A DNA stretch of 64,000 nucleotides. Origin: a virus. The stretch lies in IMG/VR virus record IMGVR_UViG_3300035698_019895, positions 22,491 to 86,490 of that record; one strand, written 5' to 3'. The notes under the pieces are model-generated. The model did no database searches and was not told the DNA's origin. It saw only the letters and a list, made by a program, of their open reading frames with translations. Shown one piece after another: positions 30,962-40,309 of this stretch. A program made the translations under genes and the position numbers. Every line of letters begins with the position of its first letter. The first letter of the stretch is position 1.

Positions 30962-31432
30962 ATGATATTGTCTAAAATTTGTAGAGCATGTAAAAAAGAA
31001 AAATCATTAAGTGATTTTTATACTAATAACAGATGGAAAGATAAATTAGAACGTAGATGTAAAAAATGTTTATCCTCTCAAGCAAAAAAAAGATATTGGA
31101 AAAACCCAGAAAAATATTTACTCAAAAACAAAAATAGTAAATACGGCAAAAAAGGCAGTGTTTTTGCTAAAGCAAGAAGACTAAAGAAAGCTTACAATCT
31201 TCCAATTAAAATATGGAATACTATGTTTAAACATCAAAAAGGTAAATGTGCTATTTGTGATGCTTCTGCATTAGTAGTAGACCATAATCATAATACTAAA
31301 GAAATTAGAGCTTTGTTATGTCATAAATGTAATCGTGGTTTAGGTCATTTTAATGATAATCCAGAATTATTAAGAAAAGCAGCAAGATATTTAGAAGACC
31401 CAGTTGCAGTAATATCTGAAAAACGGCCTTGA
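30962..31432 (+). CDS. Endonuclease VII-type HNH nuclease
   Basis: Q.GKCAIC, VDHNH, R.LLC..CN.GLG.F.D; N-terminal CxxC pairs. Confidence 0.88.
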   Translation: MILSKICRACKKEKSLSDFYTNNRWKDKLERRCKKCLSSQAKKRYWKNPEKYLLKNKNSKYGKKGSVFAKARRLKKAYNLPIKIWNTMFKHQKGKCAICDASALVVDHNHNTKEIRALLCHKCNRGLGHFNDNPELLRKAARYLEDPVAVISEKRP

Positions 31433-31457
31433 CAGATAAGCCAAATTATGATATAAT
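31429..31457 (+). promoter_or_regulatory. Consensus sigma70 promoter with extended -10
   Basis: TTGACA 31429-31434, 17-nt spacer ending TGn, TATAAT 31452-31457; AGGAG RBS and ORF follow. Confidence 0.9.
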
Positions 31458-31863
31458 AAACAAGATATTACTCGAAATAAGGAGCTATAATTAATGACAG
31501 AAAGAATTAGAAAAGAAAGAGTAACTTTATTAAAACTTAAAAAGGGAGCATCTGACCATCAAATAGAACAAATGAAAAAGTTTTTGGTCAAACATGATTT
31601 ATTTAAAAAATATATTCCTGAAGAAAATGCTTTTGAAGTAAAAGACCAACAGAAAGCAAAAAAAATTCTAAATGATGCTAAACAAGGATTAGATACATGA
31701 GTCAGTTTTGTAGAATTTGTGCAAAGAAAATACAAAAAGACAGAACAGGGCATGAACAAGTTTGTAACAAATGTATTGATAGTTTATCCCCTTGTCCTCA
31801 TTGTTTTAGTATGACATATACTATTAAAGATAAATGTGGAAAATGCAAAGAAAATAAATTAAA

Positions 31864-32856
31864 ATGTATAATAAAGTAAAAGAAATTATCAATCCAGTAT
31901 ATATTGTAGGTGGTTCTGTTAGAGACGAAATTATGGGAAAGAAACCCAAAGATTACGATTTCTGCACTCCATTACTACCTGATGAAATTGAAAAAGCTAT
32001 AAAGAAAGCTGGTAAGAAAGCTTATAACATCGGTAAAAGATTCGGTACTCTTGGAATGACTTTCGATGGCCAAATGGTTGAAGTTACTACTTTCAGAACT
32101 GAACAATATACTCCTGGAAGCAGAAAACCTCAAGTTCAATTTGTCAATGATATTACTGCAGATTTAAGCAGAAGAGATTTTAGAATCAACTCAATAGCTA
32201 AAAGAGATGGCAAATATATTGACCCCTTTGGTGGCAGATTAGATATAATGGAACGCAGTATTAAATGTGTTGGAGAACCAAAGGCTAGATTCAAAGAAGA
32301 CCCCTTAAGAATGTTAAGAGCTGCTAGATTTGCTTCTCAATTAGAATTTAGTATAGACCAGTATCTAGAACAAATGGCTAAAAAAATGTGTCATAAAATT
32401 CTAGAAGTTAGTAAAGAGAGATGGATGATGGAGATGGATAAATTACTTGTAACTGAACATCCAGAATTGGGTTTAGACTTTTTAGCTAGAACTAAATTAC
32501 TGAACTTTATGTTTCCAGAATTATCTTTACAAGTAGACTATGACCAGAACAATCCATTTCATAGTTTAAATTTGTGGGAACATACTAAATTAACTGTATA
32601 TTATACTCCAAAAGATGTCAACTTACGATGGGCTTCATTATTACATGATATCGGTAAACCTTTTGTTAGAGGAGAAAAAGACAATCCTCCCAGAAGTAAT
32701 TATATTAAGCATGATTTACTCGGAAAAGAACTTGTAGAGAAATATGCACGATATTTAAAATGGTCCAACGAAAGACGAGAGAAAGTCTCTGAATTAGTTT
32801 TAAATCATTTACTAACAGGAAGTCCTATATACGAAGCTGATAAGAAAGCTCATTAA
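31864..32856 (+). CDS. cca: tRNA nucleotidyltransferase (class II CCA-adding-like) with HD domain
   Basis: VGGSVRD, DYD, EVTTFR, DL.RRDF.IN, EDPLRMLRAARF, ER...E, EH..LLHDIGK. Confidence 0.9.
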   Translation: MYNKVKEIINPVYIVGGSVRDEIMGKKPKDYDFCTPLLPDEIEKAIKKAGKKAYNIGKRFGTLGMTFDGQMVEVTTFRTEQYTPGSRKPQVQFVNDITADLSRRDFRINSIAKRDGKYIDPFGGRLDIMERSIKCVGEPKARFKEDPLRMLRAARFASQLEFSIDQYLEQMAKKMCHKILEVSKERWMMEMDKLLVTEHPELGLDFLARTKLLNFMFPELSLQVDYDQNNPFHSLNLWEHTKLTVYYTPKDVNLRWASLLHDIGKPFVRGEKDNPPRSNYIKHDLLGKELVEKYARYLKWSNERREKVSELVLNHLLTGSPIYEADKKAH

Positions 32857-33067
32857 ATGAAAGTAAGGGGGTATAATGGCATTAAAAGTAGGATGTATAA
32901 TGTGTGGTAATGAACTTCAAGAACCCGGAGCAATACTTTTTGCATCACCAACAGAGATAGGGCTGTGTGCTAAATATCATATATGTATTAAATGTCAAAA
33001 AAGTGTTATTATTTTTATAACTGAAAAAATGTTACAAAATAAGAAAACTCATTAAAAGGAGAAATAT

Positions 33068-33379
33068 ATGCCTGGATTAATACTAGAAACAGATTTATCT
33101 GAACACTATAATTGTACCAAGTGTGGTCAATGTTGTCATTTTTTTGAAATGATAGTTAACCCACAAACACTTAAAATCGATGGTTTGTTAGTTAAAGAAG
33201 CATTTAAAAAAGAATTAAGAGTAGATTTTAAAGATGTAGGACAATGTTCAGTTAAAGTTAATGTTACATGTGAACATTTTGATAATACTAACGGATTGTG
33301 TAAGATATATGACAGAAGACCAAAAATTTGTAGAAATCATTTTTGTCAACGTTATCCGAAAATAGATGAGGAAAAATGA
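33068..33379 (+). CDS. YkgJ-like CxxCxxCC cysteine-cluster protein
   Basis: CTKCGQCC, C.......C.IY..RP.IC. Confidence 0.8.
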   Translation: MPGLILETDLSEHYNCTKCGQCCHFFEMIVNPQTLKIDGLLVKEAFKKELRVDFKDVGQCSVKVNVTCEHFDNTNGLCKIYDRRPKICRNHFCQRYPKIDEEK

Positions 33380-33696
33380 AAATTATAATAGGAAACATAA
33401 TAAAGAAGCTTTTACATACAGTAAAAACAAAAATATCAGTTAGTAAAAAAGAAATTAGAATAAATGGTGAGAAAATTGATATAAAAATTGATGATAAAGA
33501 TGAAATTAAAATTATTGTAGAAGGAGGAGTCGCAGATATTGATGCTAATGTTGTTATAGTGAAGGGTAATGTTAATGGTAATATAAAAACAAATAGCATT
33601 GAATGTAAAGATGTTAATGGTGACATAGATGCGAATTCTGTTATATGTAATAAAATCAAAGGTAATATAGACTCATTGAGTATTATAAATAATTAA
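33376..33696 (+). CDS. Beta-helix / bactofilin-like repeat protein
   Basis: Repeated V.G.I...S(I/V).C units. Confidence 0.55.
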   Translation: MKIIIGNIIKKLLHTVKTKISVSKKEIRINGEKIDIKIDDKDEIKIIVEGGVADIDANVVIVKGNVNGNIKTNSIECKDVNGDIDANSVICNKIKGNIDSLSIINN

Positions 33697-33721
33697 AAAT
33701 GAAGAAGATAAATAATAAATT

Positions 33722-33808
33722 GCGTGGTTGCGATAGCGGCAATTCGACCTGCCTGTAGAGCAGGTGCTCTTCGGAGCTTCGATGGTTCGAGTCCATCACT
33801 ACGCACCA
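33722..33808 (+). tRNA. tRNA-Tyr(GTA)
   Basis: Acceptor GCGTGGT/ACTACGC, anticodon arm CCTGC-CTGTAGA-GCAGG, long V arm, TTCGA, encoded CCA. Confidence 0.92.
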
Positions 33809-33812
33809 TTAT

Positions 33813-33882
33813 TGGGAGGTAGTTTAATTAAAACGCCAATCGTAAGTGGAAATGTAACGTCAAATCGTTTCCCTCCCAGCCA
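33813..33882 (+). pseudogene. Degenerate tRNA-like element
   Basis: Perfect acceptor TGGGAGG/CCTCCCA plus G-CCA and D stem GTTT/AAAC, but 5-nt D loop, broken anticodon arm and 6-nt T loop. Confidence 0.65.
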
Positions 33883-33959
33883 GCGAGTGTAACAGAATTG
33901 GTATATGTACTCGGCTTAGACCCGAGGTTTTAGAGGTTCGACTCCTCTCACTCGTACCA
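33883..33959 (+). tRNA. tRNA-Leu(TAG), short variable loop
   Basis: GCGAGTG/CACTCGT, CTCGG-CTTAGAC-CCGAG, AGAGG-TTCGACT-CCTCT, ACCA. Confidence 0.9.
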
Positions 33960-33973
33960 AATGGAGAAAATAA

Positions 33974-34249
33974 ATGAGTAGAGAATATTTGCTGAAAATA
34001 GATTTTGAAAAACACTATAAGAAAAAAGAATTAAGAGACTTTTTTATTAAATGGTGTGGTAAAGACCAGATATTTAAAATAGAGCCTGACTATGTAGTTG
34101 TAGAAATGGGATGCAGTAGTGGTTTAGATGCTGATGAATATATGCAAGAATTATATACTCAATTACAAGAACAAGGTTTTAAACTAGAAAAAGAAGATAT
34201 GCTATGTTGGAGTTTACATCCTGACAGAGCAATAAGTTTGGCGGAGTAG
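33974..34249 (+). CDS. Hypothetical protein (stop codon lies inside tRNA-Leu(TAA))
   Basis: GGAG RBS, 91 aa ORF. Confidence 0.6.
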   Translation: MSREYLLKIDFEKHYKKKELRDFFIKWCGKDQIFKIEPDYVVVEMGCSSGLDADEYMQELYTQLQEQGFKLEKEDMLCWSLHPDRAISLAE

Positions 34250-34316
34250 TCCAACTGGCAGAGGCAACGGTCTTAAAAGCCGTAAAGTGAGGGTTCGAAT
34301 CCCTCTTCCGCTACCA
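34240..34316 (+). tRNA. tRNA-Leu(TAA), short variable loop
   Basis: GGCGGAG/TTCCGCT, ACGGT-CTTAAAA-GCCGT, GAGGG-TTCGAAT-CCCTC, ACCA. Confidence 0.9.
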
Positions 34317-34479
34317 TTATTAAGTCTGAGAAAGAGATAAAAAAATGTTATTAATTTTGGGAATAATATTAGTTATTTTAAGTTATTTTATGGCTTATTG
34401 GTCTGCATTAAAATATATTATCGGAGCTATAGGAACTGGTTTGATAATTGGATATTTGTTAAATTTTTTATAATAATAT

Positions 34480-34555
34480 GTGCGAGTGATGCAACGGCAG
34501 ACATGCTTGTTTCAAAAACAAGCTTTTATAGGTTCGAGTCCTATCTCGCATACCA
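34480..34555 (+). tRNA. tRNA-Leu(CAA), short variable loop
   Basis: GTGCGAG/CTCGCAT, CTTGT-TTCAAAA-ACAAG, ATAGG-TTCGAGT-CCTAT, ACCA. Confidence 0.9.
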
Positions 34556-35840
34556 ATAATGTAAAAAGATTTTGAATAGTAATTTTTTAACAGGGAAGGT
34601 AAAAGATGAAAACAATAAACAGTGAAACCCTTGTCGGTGGACGTTATACAACTCATGATTGTGAAGTAAATATTTTTGAAATTCTGAAAGATGTTGATGC
34701 AAGAATATCAAAATATGGACTCGAAATTGTTCTAAAAGATTATAGTGGCATTGACTATGATAAAGATATATATGGTCATCCTTCTTTCGATTTTTGGATA
34801 GAGAAAAGTGATAAAAAATTATGAATAAAACAGTTGTTAATTTTATAAGAACACAAATAAAAGAAGGATTGGCACAATTAGAAGATGAGAATAGATTACT
34901 TTTTAATCGCATGTATTCTCATGACAATTTAGAAAGACCAGTAAATGAAGTTGTAGATGATATGCCAGAAGAAAAACTTAATTGGGCTTTAACTCAAGTA
35001 GAGAATAGTTTGAAGAAAAAGGAGAAATAATGATTGAAGGAAATTGTTATTATTGTGACAAACCTGTAAATAATCTTGCAGGTAATCCAAATGAATGGGG
35101 AATACCATTATGTCATGAAGATGAACCTGGAAAAGTAAAAACTCATCATATTGGATGTGTTAGCGAAAGGTTAAGAGAGAATAAGAAAATGAAAAAAGCT
35201 CTTGCTTGGGCTGATGAAGAATTATCTCGTTTAAAGACAGGTAAAGAAAGTCAATTAGTAGAAGAAATAACCAAACTTCAAGAAGAAAAGAAAAAGTTTG
35301 ACAAAATATATGAAGAAGAAATGAAAACTGTGGGAGGAATTCTTAATGATAATGAAGAACTTCAAAAGAAAAATGAAGCATTAACGACAGAATTACATAG
35401 AGATTGTAAACTTACTTGTTGGGAAATGCAACAACTTCGTAAAACTATAGAACCTTTTAATAATAGTATGAAACAAAATGAAGAATTGAAAGATTGTTTA
35501 AAAGAAGCAGTTGACTTAATGGAAGATATTATTAAAGGAAAATATGAACCAGACAGTTTCACTACTCAACCATGGAAAAAGATTTTAATGATAGAAGAAG
35601 AATCTAAATGAAAGAAGCTATTTTAAAAGTATTACAAGAATTTAATGAAGGAAAATGGGGATATTATATTAAACCAATTGATAATAATACAAATATGATA
35701 ATGTATATCTATGATGAAAATGGGATAAAAGAAACCAATACAAAAGAATGGATGAAAAAACAAGGATTGAATCCAGAAAAAATAGATTTTGGTAAAGTGA
35801 TTGAAGAATATAAACGAGTAGGGATAATAACGGAAATATA

Positions 35841-36332
35841 ATGAAAATAGGTTTAGACTTTCACGGAGTAATTGATAAATATCCTAATTTATTTAGAATA
35901 ATAACTAGTGGATTCAATATCACTGATGGACGTTGGATAAAGAATGTTGAAGTTCATATAATTACTGGATGTAGAAAAAAAGATGTAGAACAATTCTTAC
36001 AAGACCATGATATTTATTATACTCATGTTTATTCTTTAACTGATGAATTTCTAAAACACAAAGTACCTTATAAAATAGATGAAAATGGAAATCCCTCTTT
36101 TAAAGAAGCATTATGGAATACAGCTAAAAGTTTATATTGTGCTAGTCATGATATAGATATAATGATAGATGATTCAGAGATTTACGGTCAATATTTTGTT
36201 ACTCCTTATATATTATTTAAAGAAATAAAATCTGACTTTATTCCAAAAGAAATACAAGAAGGATTAGAAGATGCTAAAAAAGGTAAAGTAATAAGAGTAA
36301 AAAATATAAAGAAATTTTTGAGAGATTTATAA
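35841..36332 (+). CDS. HAD-like protein
   Basis: IGLDFHGV, IITG, K, MIDD. Confidence 0.7.
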   Translation: MKIGLDFHGVIDKYPNLFRIITSGFNITDGRWIKNVEVHIITGCRKKDVEQFLQDHDIYYTHVYSLTDEFLKHKVPYKIDENGNPSFKEALWNTAKSLYCASHDIDIMIDDSEIYGQYFVTPYILFKEIKSDFIPKEIQEGLEDAKKGKVIRVKNIKKFLRDL

Positions 36333-36512
36333 AATGAAGAAAAGAAAAAGATTAAGAACATATGAAGTATGGTATGAACCTGACCCTATGCAGGATAGTA
36401 TAGAAGTAAAAGCATTTTCTACAAGAGGTGCTAAGAAAATTGCTATGGAACAAGAAGACCTTGATGAATATCAGATAGAAAGTGTAAATTTAAAAAGGAC
36501 TAGGAGAAGATA

Positions 36513-36743
36513 ATGGCAAGACCAATAGAACCAACTCCTATATTATATGGTGAAGATGCAAAGAGATTATTAAGAGATGTTGCAGAAGTAAATAAAAAAT
36601 TAGAAGACCCTATATATAGAAAAAAAGCAAAAGCTCATTTAGACTATTGTGAACAGCTTTATTTAAAGTTTTTTAGGAAACTAAAAACTTCCAGGAAGGG
36701 CCATCCGATAGCTGGCGACGGATGCTGTCTTGAAAACAGTTAG
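36513..36743 (+). CDS. Small hypothetical protein whose 3' end overlaps tRNA-Ser(TGA)
   Basis: AGGAG RBS; N-terminus MARPIEPTPILYGEDA. Confidence 0.6.
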   Translation: MARPIEPTPILYGEDAKRLLRDVAEVNKKLEDPIYRKKAKAHLDYCEQLYLKFFRKLKTSRKGHPIAGDGCCLENS

Positions 36744-36784
36744 CTGTAACAGGCGTATAGGTTCGACCCCTATCCCTTCCGCCA
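36694..36784 (+). tRNA. tRNA-Ser(TGA)
   Basis: GGAAGGG/CCCTTCC, GCTGT-CTTGAAA-ACAGT, long V arm, G73-CCA; C at position 8 is atypical. Confidence 0.88.
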
Positions 36785-36861
36785 ATCCCTGTAGCCCAAT
36801 CGGATAGGGCATCAGATTTCTAATCTGAACACTATAGGTTCAAATCCTATCAGGGATGCCA
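36785..36861 (+). tRNA. tRNA-Arg(TCT)
   Basis: ATCCCTG/CAGGGAT, TCAGA-TTTCTAA-TCTGA, GCCA. Confidence 0.92.
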
Positions 36862-36937
36862 ATGCCTATAGCTGAAATGGAACAGCATCTGACTACGAAT
36901 CAGAGCAATGTAAGTTCGACTCTTACTAGGCATACCA
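36862..36937 (+). tRNA. tRNA-Arg(ACG)
   Basis: ATGCCTA/TAGGCAT, TCTGA-CTACGAA-TCAGA, ACCA. Confidence 0.92.
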
Positions 36938-37013
36938 GGTGACTGTAGTGTAATGGTTAGCATATTTGACTGTGACTCAAATGGTATGGGTTCGAATCCC
37001 ATCGTTCACCCCA
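36938..37013 (+). tRNA. tRNA-His(GTG) with encoded G-1
   Basis: G-1:C73, TTTGA-CTGTGAC-TCAAA, ATGGG-TTCGAAT-CCCAT, CCA. Confidence 0.92.
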
Positions 37014-37062
37014 TAAACAAAAGGAGAAATAATGAAATCAGGATTAACAATTACAGGATTTA

Positions 37063-37851
37063 ATGAGTAAATTAGACGGTTTGGCTATTGGTGATAGAAT
37101 GAAGAGATATGAAAAAGTATCTGAATTTGTATTATCAAGACGAATTCCAGTAATAATTCGCATAGATGGAAGAGCATTTCACACTGTTACTCGTAAACGT
37201 TTTGGTAAGAATTGGTCTATGGAATTTGTAGAACAGATGATAGAAACAGCTAAGACAGTTATGACTGATATACAAGGATGTAACTTTTGTTACTCTCAAT
37301 CTGACGAAATAAGTTTTCTTCTGACAGATTATACTACTATACGAACAGAAGCTTGGTTTGGATATGATATTAGAAAACTTATATCTATATCTGCTTCTTT
37401 AGCAAGTTCGGTATTTTCTAGATTATACGGTAAAAATGTATGTTTTGATAGTAGAGCTTTTTCTCTTCCTCAAGATGAAGTATGTAATTACTTTATTTGG
37501 AGACAAGTAGATGCTACTAGAAATGCGATACAAATGGCAGGAAGAGAATATTTTTCTCACAAGCAACTAAATGAAAAAAGTTGTAATGAAATACAAGAAA
37601 TGCTCTTCCAAGAAAATAATATAAATTTCAATGATTATCCTGTAGTTAGAAAAAGAGGGTTTTCTATAATAAAACAATTTGAACATCAAAAAGACTTTGA
37701 TGAAACTATTCAGAAGAATGATAAATTATATAAAGCTGAAAGTGGTGAAGAAGTAAAAAATAGAAAGAAACCATATGCTGATTTAGAGATTCCTATATTT
37801 ACTCAAGATAGAAACTATATAAAACAGTTTGTAAACGTAAGAGAGGATTAA
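37063..37851 (+). CDS. Thg1-like tRNA(His) guanylyltransferase / 3'-5' polymerase
   Basis: RMK.YE, RIDGRAFH, QSDEIS, FDSR, NYFIWRQ.DA.RN. Confidence 0.92.
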   Translation: MSKLDGLAIGDRMKRYEKVSEFVLSRRIPVIIRIDGRAFHTVTRKRFGKNWSMEFVEQMIETAKTVMTDIQGCNFCYSQSDEISFLLTDYTTIRTEAWFGYDIRKLISISASLASSVFSRLYGKNVCFDSRAFSLPQDEVCNYFIWRQVDATRNAIQMAGREYFSHKQLNEKSCNEIQEMLFQENNINFNDYPVVRKRGFSIIKQFEHQKDFDETIQKNDKLYKAESGEEVKNRKKPYADLEIPIFTQDRNYIKQFVNVRED

Positions 37852-37966
37852 AAGATGAATAAAAACAACTTATTACCAATTTGTGGAAATTGTGGATGTA
37901 GAAGATATACTGCTTGTAAATGTAGAAAACCTACACCTAATTCGATATCGCAAAAAAGAAAAAATT

Positions 37967-38042
37967 CCAGAGGTAGCTCAACTGACTGAGCAGCACACTC
38001 ATAATGTGCCATATGTAGGTTTGAATCCTGCCCTCTGGACCA
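37967..38042 (+). tRNA. tRNA with CAT anticodon (elongator Met or Ile2)
   Basis: CCAGAGG/CCTCTGG, GCACA-CTCATAA-TGTGC, ACCA; lacks initiator GGG/CCC; D loop lacks GG and T loop reads TTTGAAT. Confidence 0.8.
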
Positions 38043-38918
38043 AATAAAGAGATTAAAATGAAAACAAATTATCTATTTTATAAAATTATGGACAAAAAGT
38101 TTCCTTCAATGGGAAAATGGTGGGTATTAGTTTTAAATACTGTAAAAAGATTATCTGATTATCAAGAAGTCCAATCGCAAAGAATGATAAACTCTTATGT
38201 TGATGCAAAAACTCAATTACGAAAAGGTCAACATGTAGAATATGAAGGATATGTTTTACTTAAAACATTAGAAAATAGAGCCAATAGAAAAACAATAGCT
38301 GATGATATGACTATTTTAAGTGAGGTTATGCAGACTCCTATGACAAACTTTTTTATAAATGGGGAAATACCTTTAATTAATTCTGTAGGTGGTTATAGAT
38401 TTTTAGATAAAACAGTAGAAGTACTTGAAAAACTTGAGAAAGACGAAATGGTTTGGCCAGATGATAATGATTTAAAGATTAAAGTTTCTCGATGGCCAGA
38501 AGGTGTACATTACTATGCCAAAGTTGGTAAATATGATGTACAAGATAAAGAAGGTAACGTAAAATGGAATACATCAAAACAAGCAAGAACAGAAGCTAAA
38601 AAATTCTTAAAGAGAATAAATAATGGGATTACTAGAAAATAAAAAATTATATAATTCATTGTCTTTAAAGAAAAAGAAAGAAGCAATAGATTTTTTAAAA
38701 ACTTGGATACATAAAAACGATATTAAAAAAATAGATATTGCTATAAAGAAAGAACCTGAAAGTTGGTTTGCTTCTTATCATTTTAATTGGGGCATGGCGG
38801 TTAGAAATGCCTTAAGGACTGAAGGGTGTGGAGAAAAATATTTTGGTATAGATAATCTTGATGATATATATGTAGAGTTAGTAGAAGATGTCATAAAAAA
38901 TAAAAAAAGGAGTAAAAT

Positions 38919-39515
38919 ATGACAAAGAAAATCGTACATCTCATGATAGCCATGTTTATGATTATTGCTATGACTTCACCTATATCTTTCGCAACAGAAA
39001 AATCATCCGAGGAAGTTATAATAGCTGACTTTAACAGTGGTATAAAGCCCAATAAGATAGGCGGTAACTTCGGAGCATGGGATAAAGACCCTGCAGATTT
39101 CTCACAAGGTTGTGAAGAAATATTTGACAGTAAGAATAGATATGGCTTACGTGGATTCTCAATCAAATTAGACTATGATGTTGATTCTGAGAAACCAGCT
39201 TATAATGGATTTTGGATGTTCTTACAAAACTTTGATGCATCAGAGTATGAAAGCATATCTCTATGGGTAAAAGGTGATAGCGATGGATATACAACTGTAT
39301 TTAAAATTGAACTCAAGAATGCCAAGAAGGAAGTAGGTCGTTACTATATAACAGAAGCAACAGAGAATTGGGTAGAATTTGTTATACCGCTGGAAGATTT
39401 CAGAGGAATAACAGACTTCTCAAGCATGACAGAGTTCGTCATTGTATTTGAAGATAGAGTTGTCTCAAACAAAGATGGCGCAATATATATAGATGATATT
39501 AAGTTTATAAAATAA
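38919..39515 (+). CDS. Secreted carbohydrate-binding (CBM11/CIA30-like) protein
   Basis: Signal peptide; IADF, ISLWVKG, FKIELK, W....IPL.DF, IYIDDI.F galactose-binding-fold pattern. Confidence 0.7.
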   Translation: MTKKIVHLMIAMFMIIAMTSPISFATEKSSEEVIIADFNSGIKPNKIGGNFGAWDKDPADFSQGCEEIFDSKNRYGLRGFSIKLDYDVDSEKPAYNGFWMFLQNFDASEYESISLWVKGDSDGYTTVFKIELKNAKKEVGRYYITEATENWVEFVIPLEDFRGITDFSSMTEFVIVFEDRVVSNKDGAIYIDDIKFIK

Positions 39516-39525
39516 AGAGAGTATT

Positions 39526-39599
39526 CGAGGGTTAGCTCAATGGTAGAGCAGTCGGATGATAACCGACCAATAGAGGTTCAATTCCTTTACTCTCGACCA
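39526..39599 (+). tRNA. tRNA-Ile(GAT)
   Basis: CGAGGGT/ACTCTCG, GTCGG-ATGATAA-CCGAC, ACCA. Confidence 0.9.
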
Positions 39600-39675
39600 G
39601 GGCTCGTAGCGTAGTGGTTTACGCACCTGACTTTTAATCAGGCTTACGCAGGTTCGATTCCTGCCGAGCTCACCA
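39600..39675 (+). tRNA. tRNA-Lys(TTT)
   Basis: GGGCTCG/CGAGCTC, CCTGA-CTTTTAA-TCAGG, ACCA. Confidence 0.93.
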
Positions 39676-39765
39676 GGAAGGTTGGCTGAGTGGTTTAAAG
39701 CGGTGCTCTGCTAAGGCATTGAGGATTTATCTCCTCCGCAGGTTCGAATCCCGCACCTTCCGCCA
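39676..39765 (+). tRNA. tRNA-Ser(GCT)
   Basis: GGAAGGT/ACCTTCC, GTGCT-CTGCTAA-GGCAT, long V arm, GCCA. Confidence 0.93.
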
Positions 39766-39939
39766 AAAAGAAAGGAGTATATCATGAGAAACAAAATTAT
39801 TAGAGCAGTACAAAAGAAAGCAGATACTTCAAAACAAAAGATAGATGCTTCTATTGTATCAAGAGTAGCTAGTTTAACTATAGATGAAGTAATGAAAATA
39901 TTAAAAAGAAAAAGAAATAAATAAAAAGGAGGAATAAAA

Positions 39940-40197
39940 ATGGAAAAAACTAAAGTAGTACACTGTAAAAAAGAAGCTTATGATGTTTATATAGGTAGAA
40001 ATTCTATATGGGGTAATCCTTTTAGCACAGGAACTTATGGTAGAAAAGGTGCAATAATGAAATATAAACTATGGCTTGAAAGTCAGCCTCAATTGCTTAG
40101 AAAATTAAAAGAATTGAAGGGTAAAACATTAGGTTGTTGGTGCAAACCATTAGAATGTCATGGTGATGCATTGGTGGAGTTGGCTGAAAGATTGTAA
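39940..40197 (+). CDS. DUF4326-family protein
   Basis: VYIGR.S.WGNPF, L.GK.LGCWCKP..CHGD. Confidence 0.85.
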   Translation: MEKTKVVHCKKEAYDVYIGRNSIWGNPFSTGTYGRKGAIMKYKLWLESQPQLLRKLKELKGKTLGCWCKPLECHGDALVELAERL

Positions 40198-40309
40198 TGA
40201 AAAAGAAAAAAAGATGTGAGCAATGTGGAAAAAGATTTGTACCTAAAAATTCTCAACAAGAATATTGTACTGGTAAATGTTGGGAGAAAGCTAATGGGAT
40301 AAACAAAAA

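Noticed and set aside
37967-38042. Initiator tRNA-fMet
   Set aside because: C1 pairs with G72 and the anticodon stem lacks three consecutive G-C pairs
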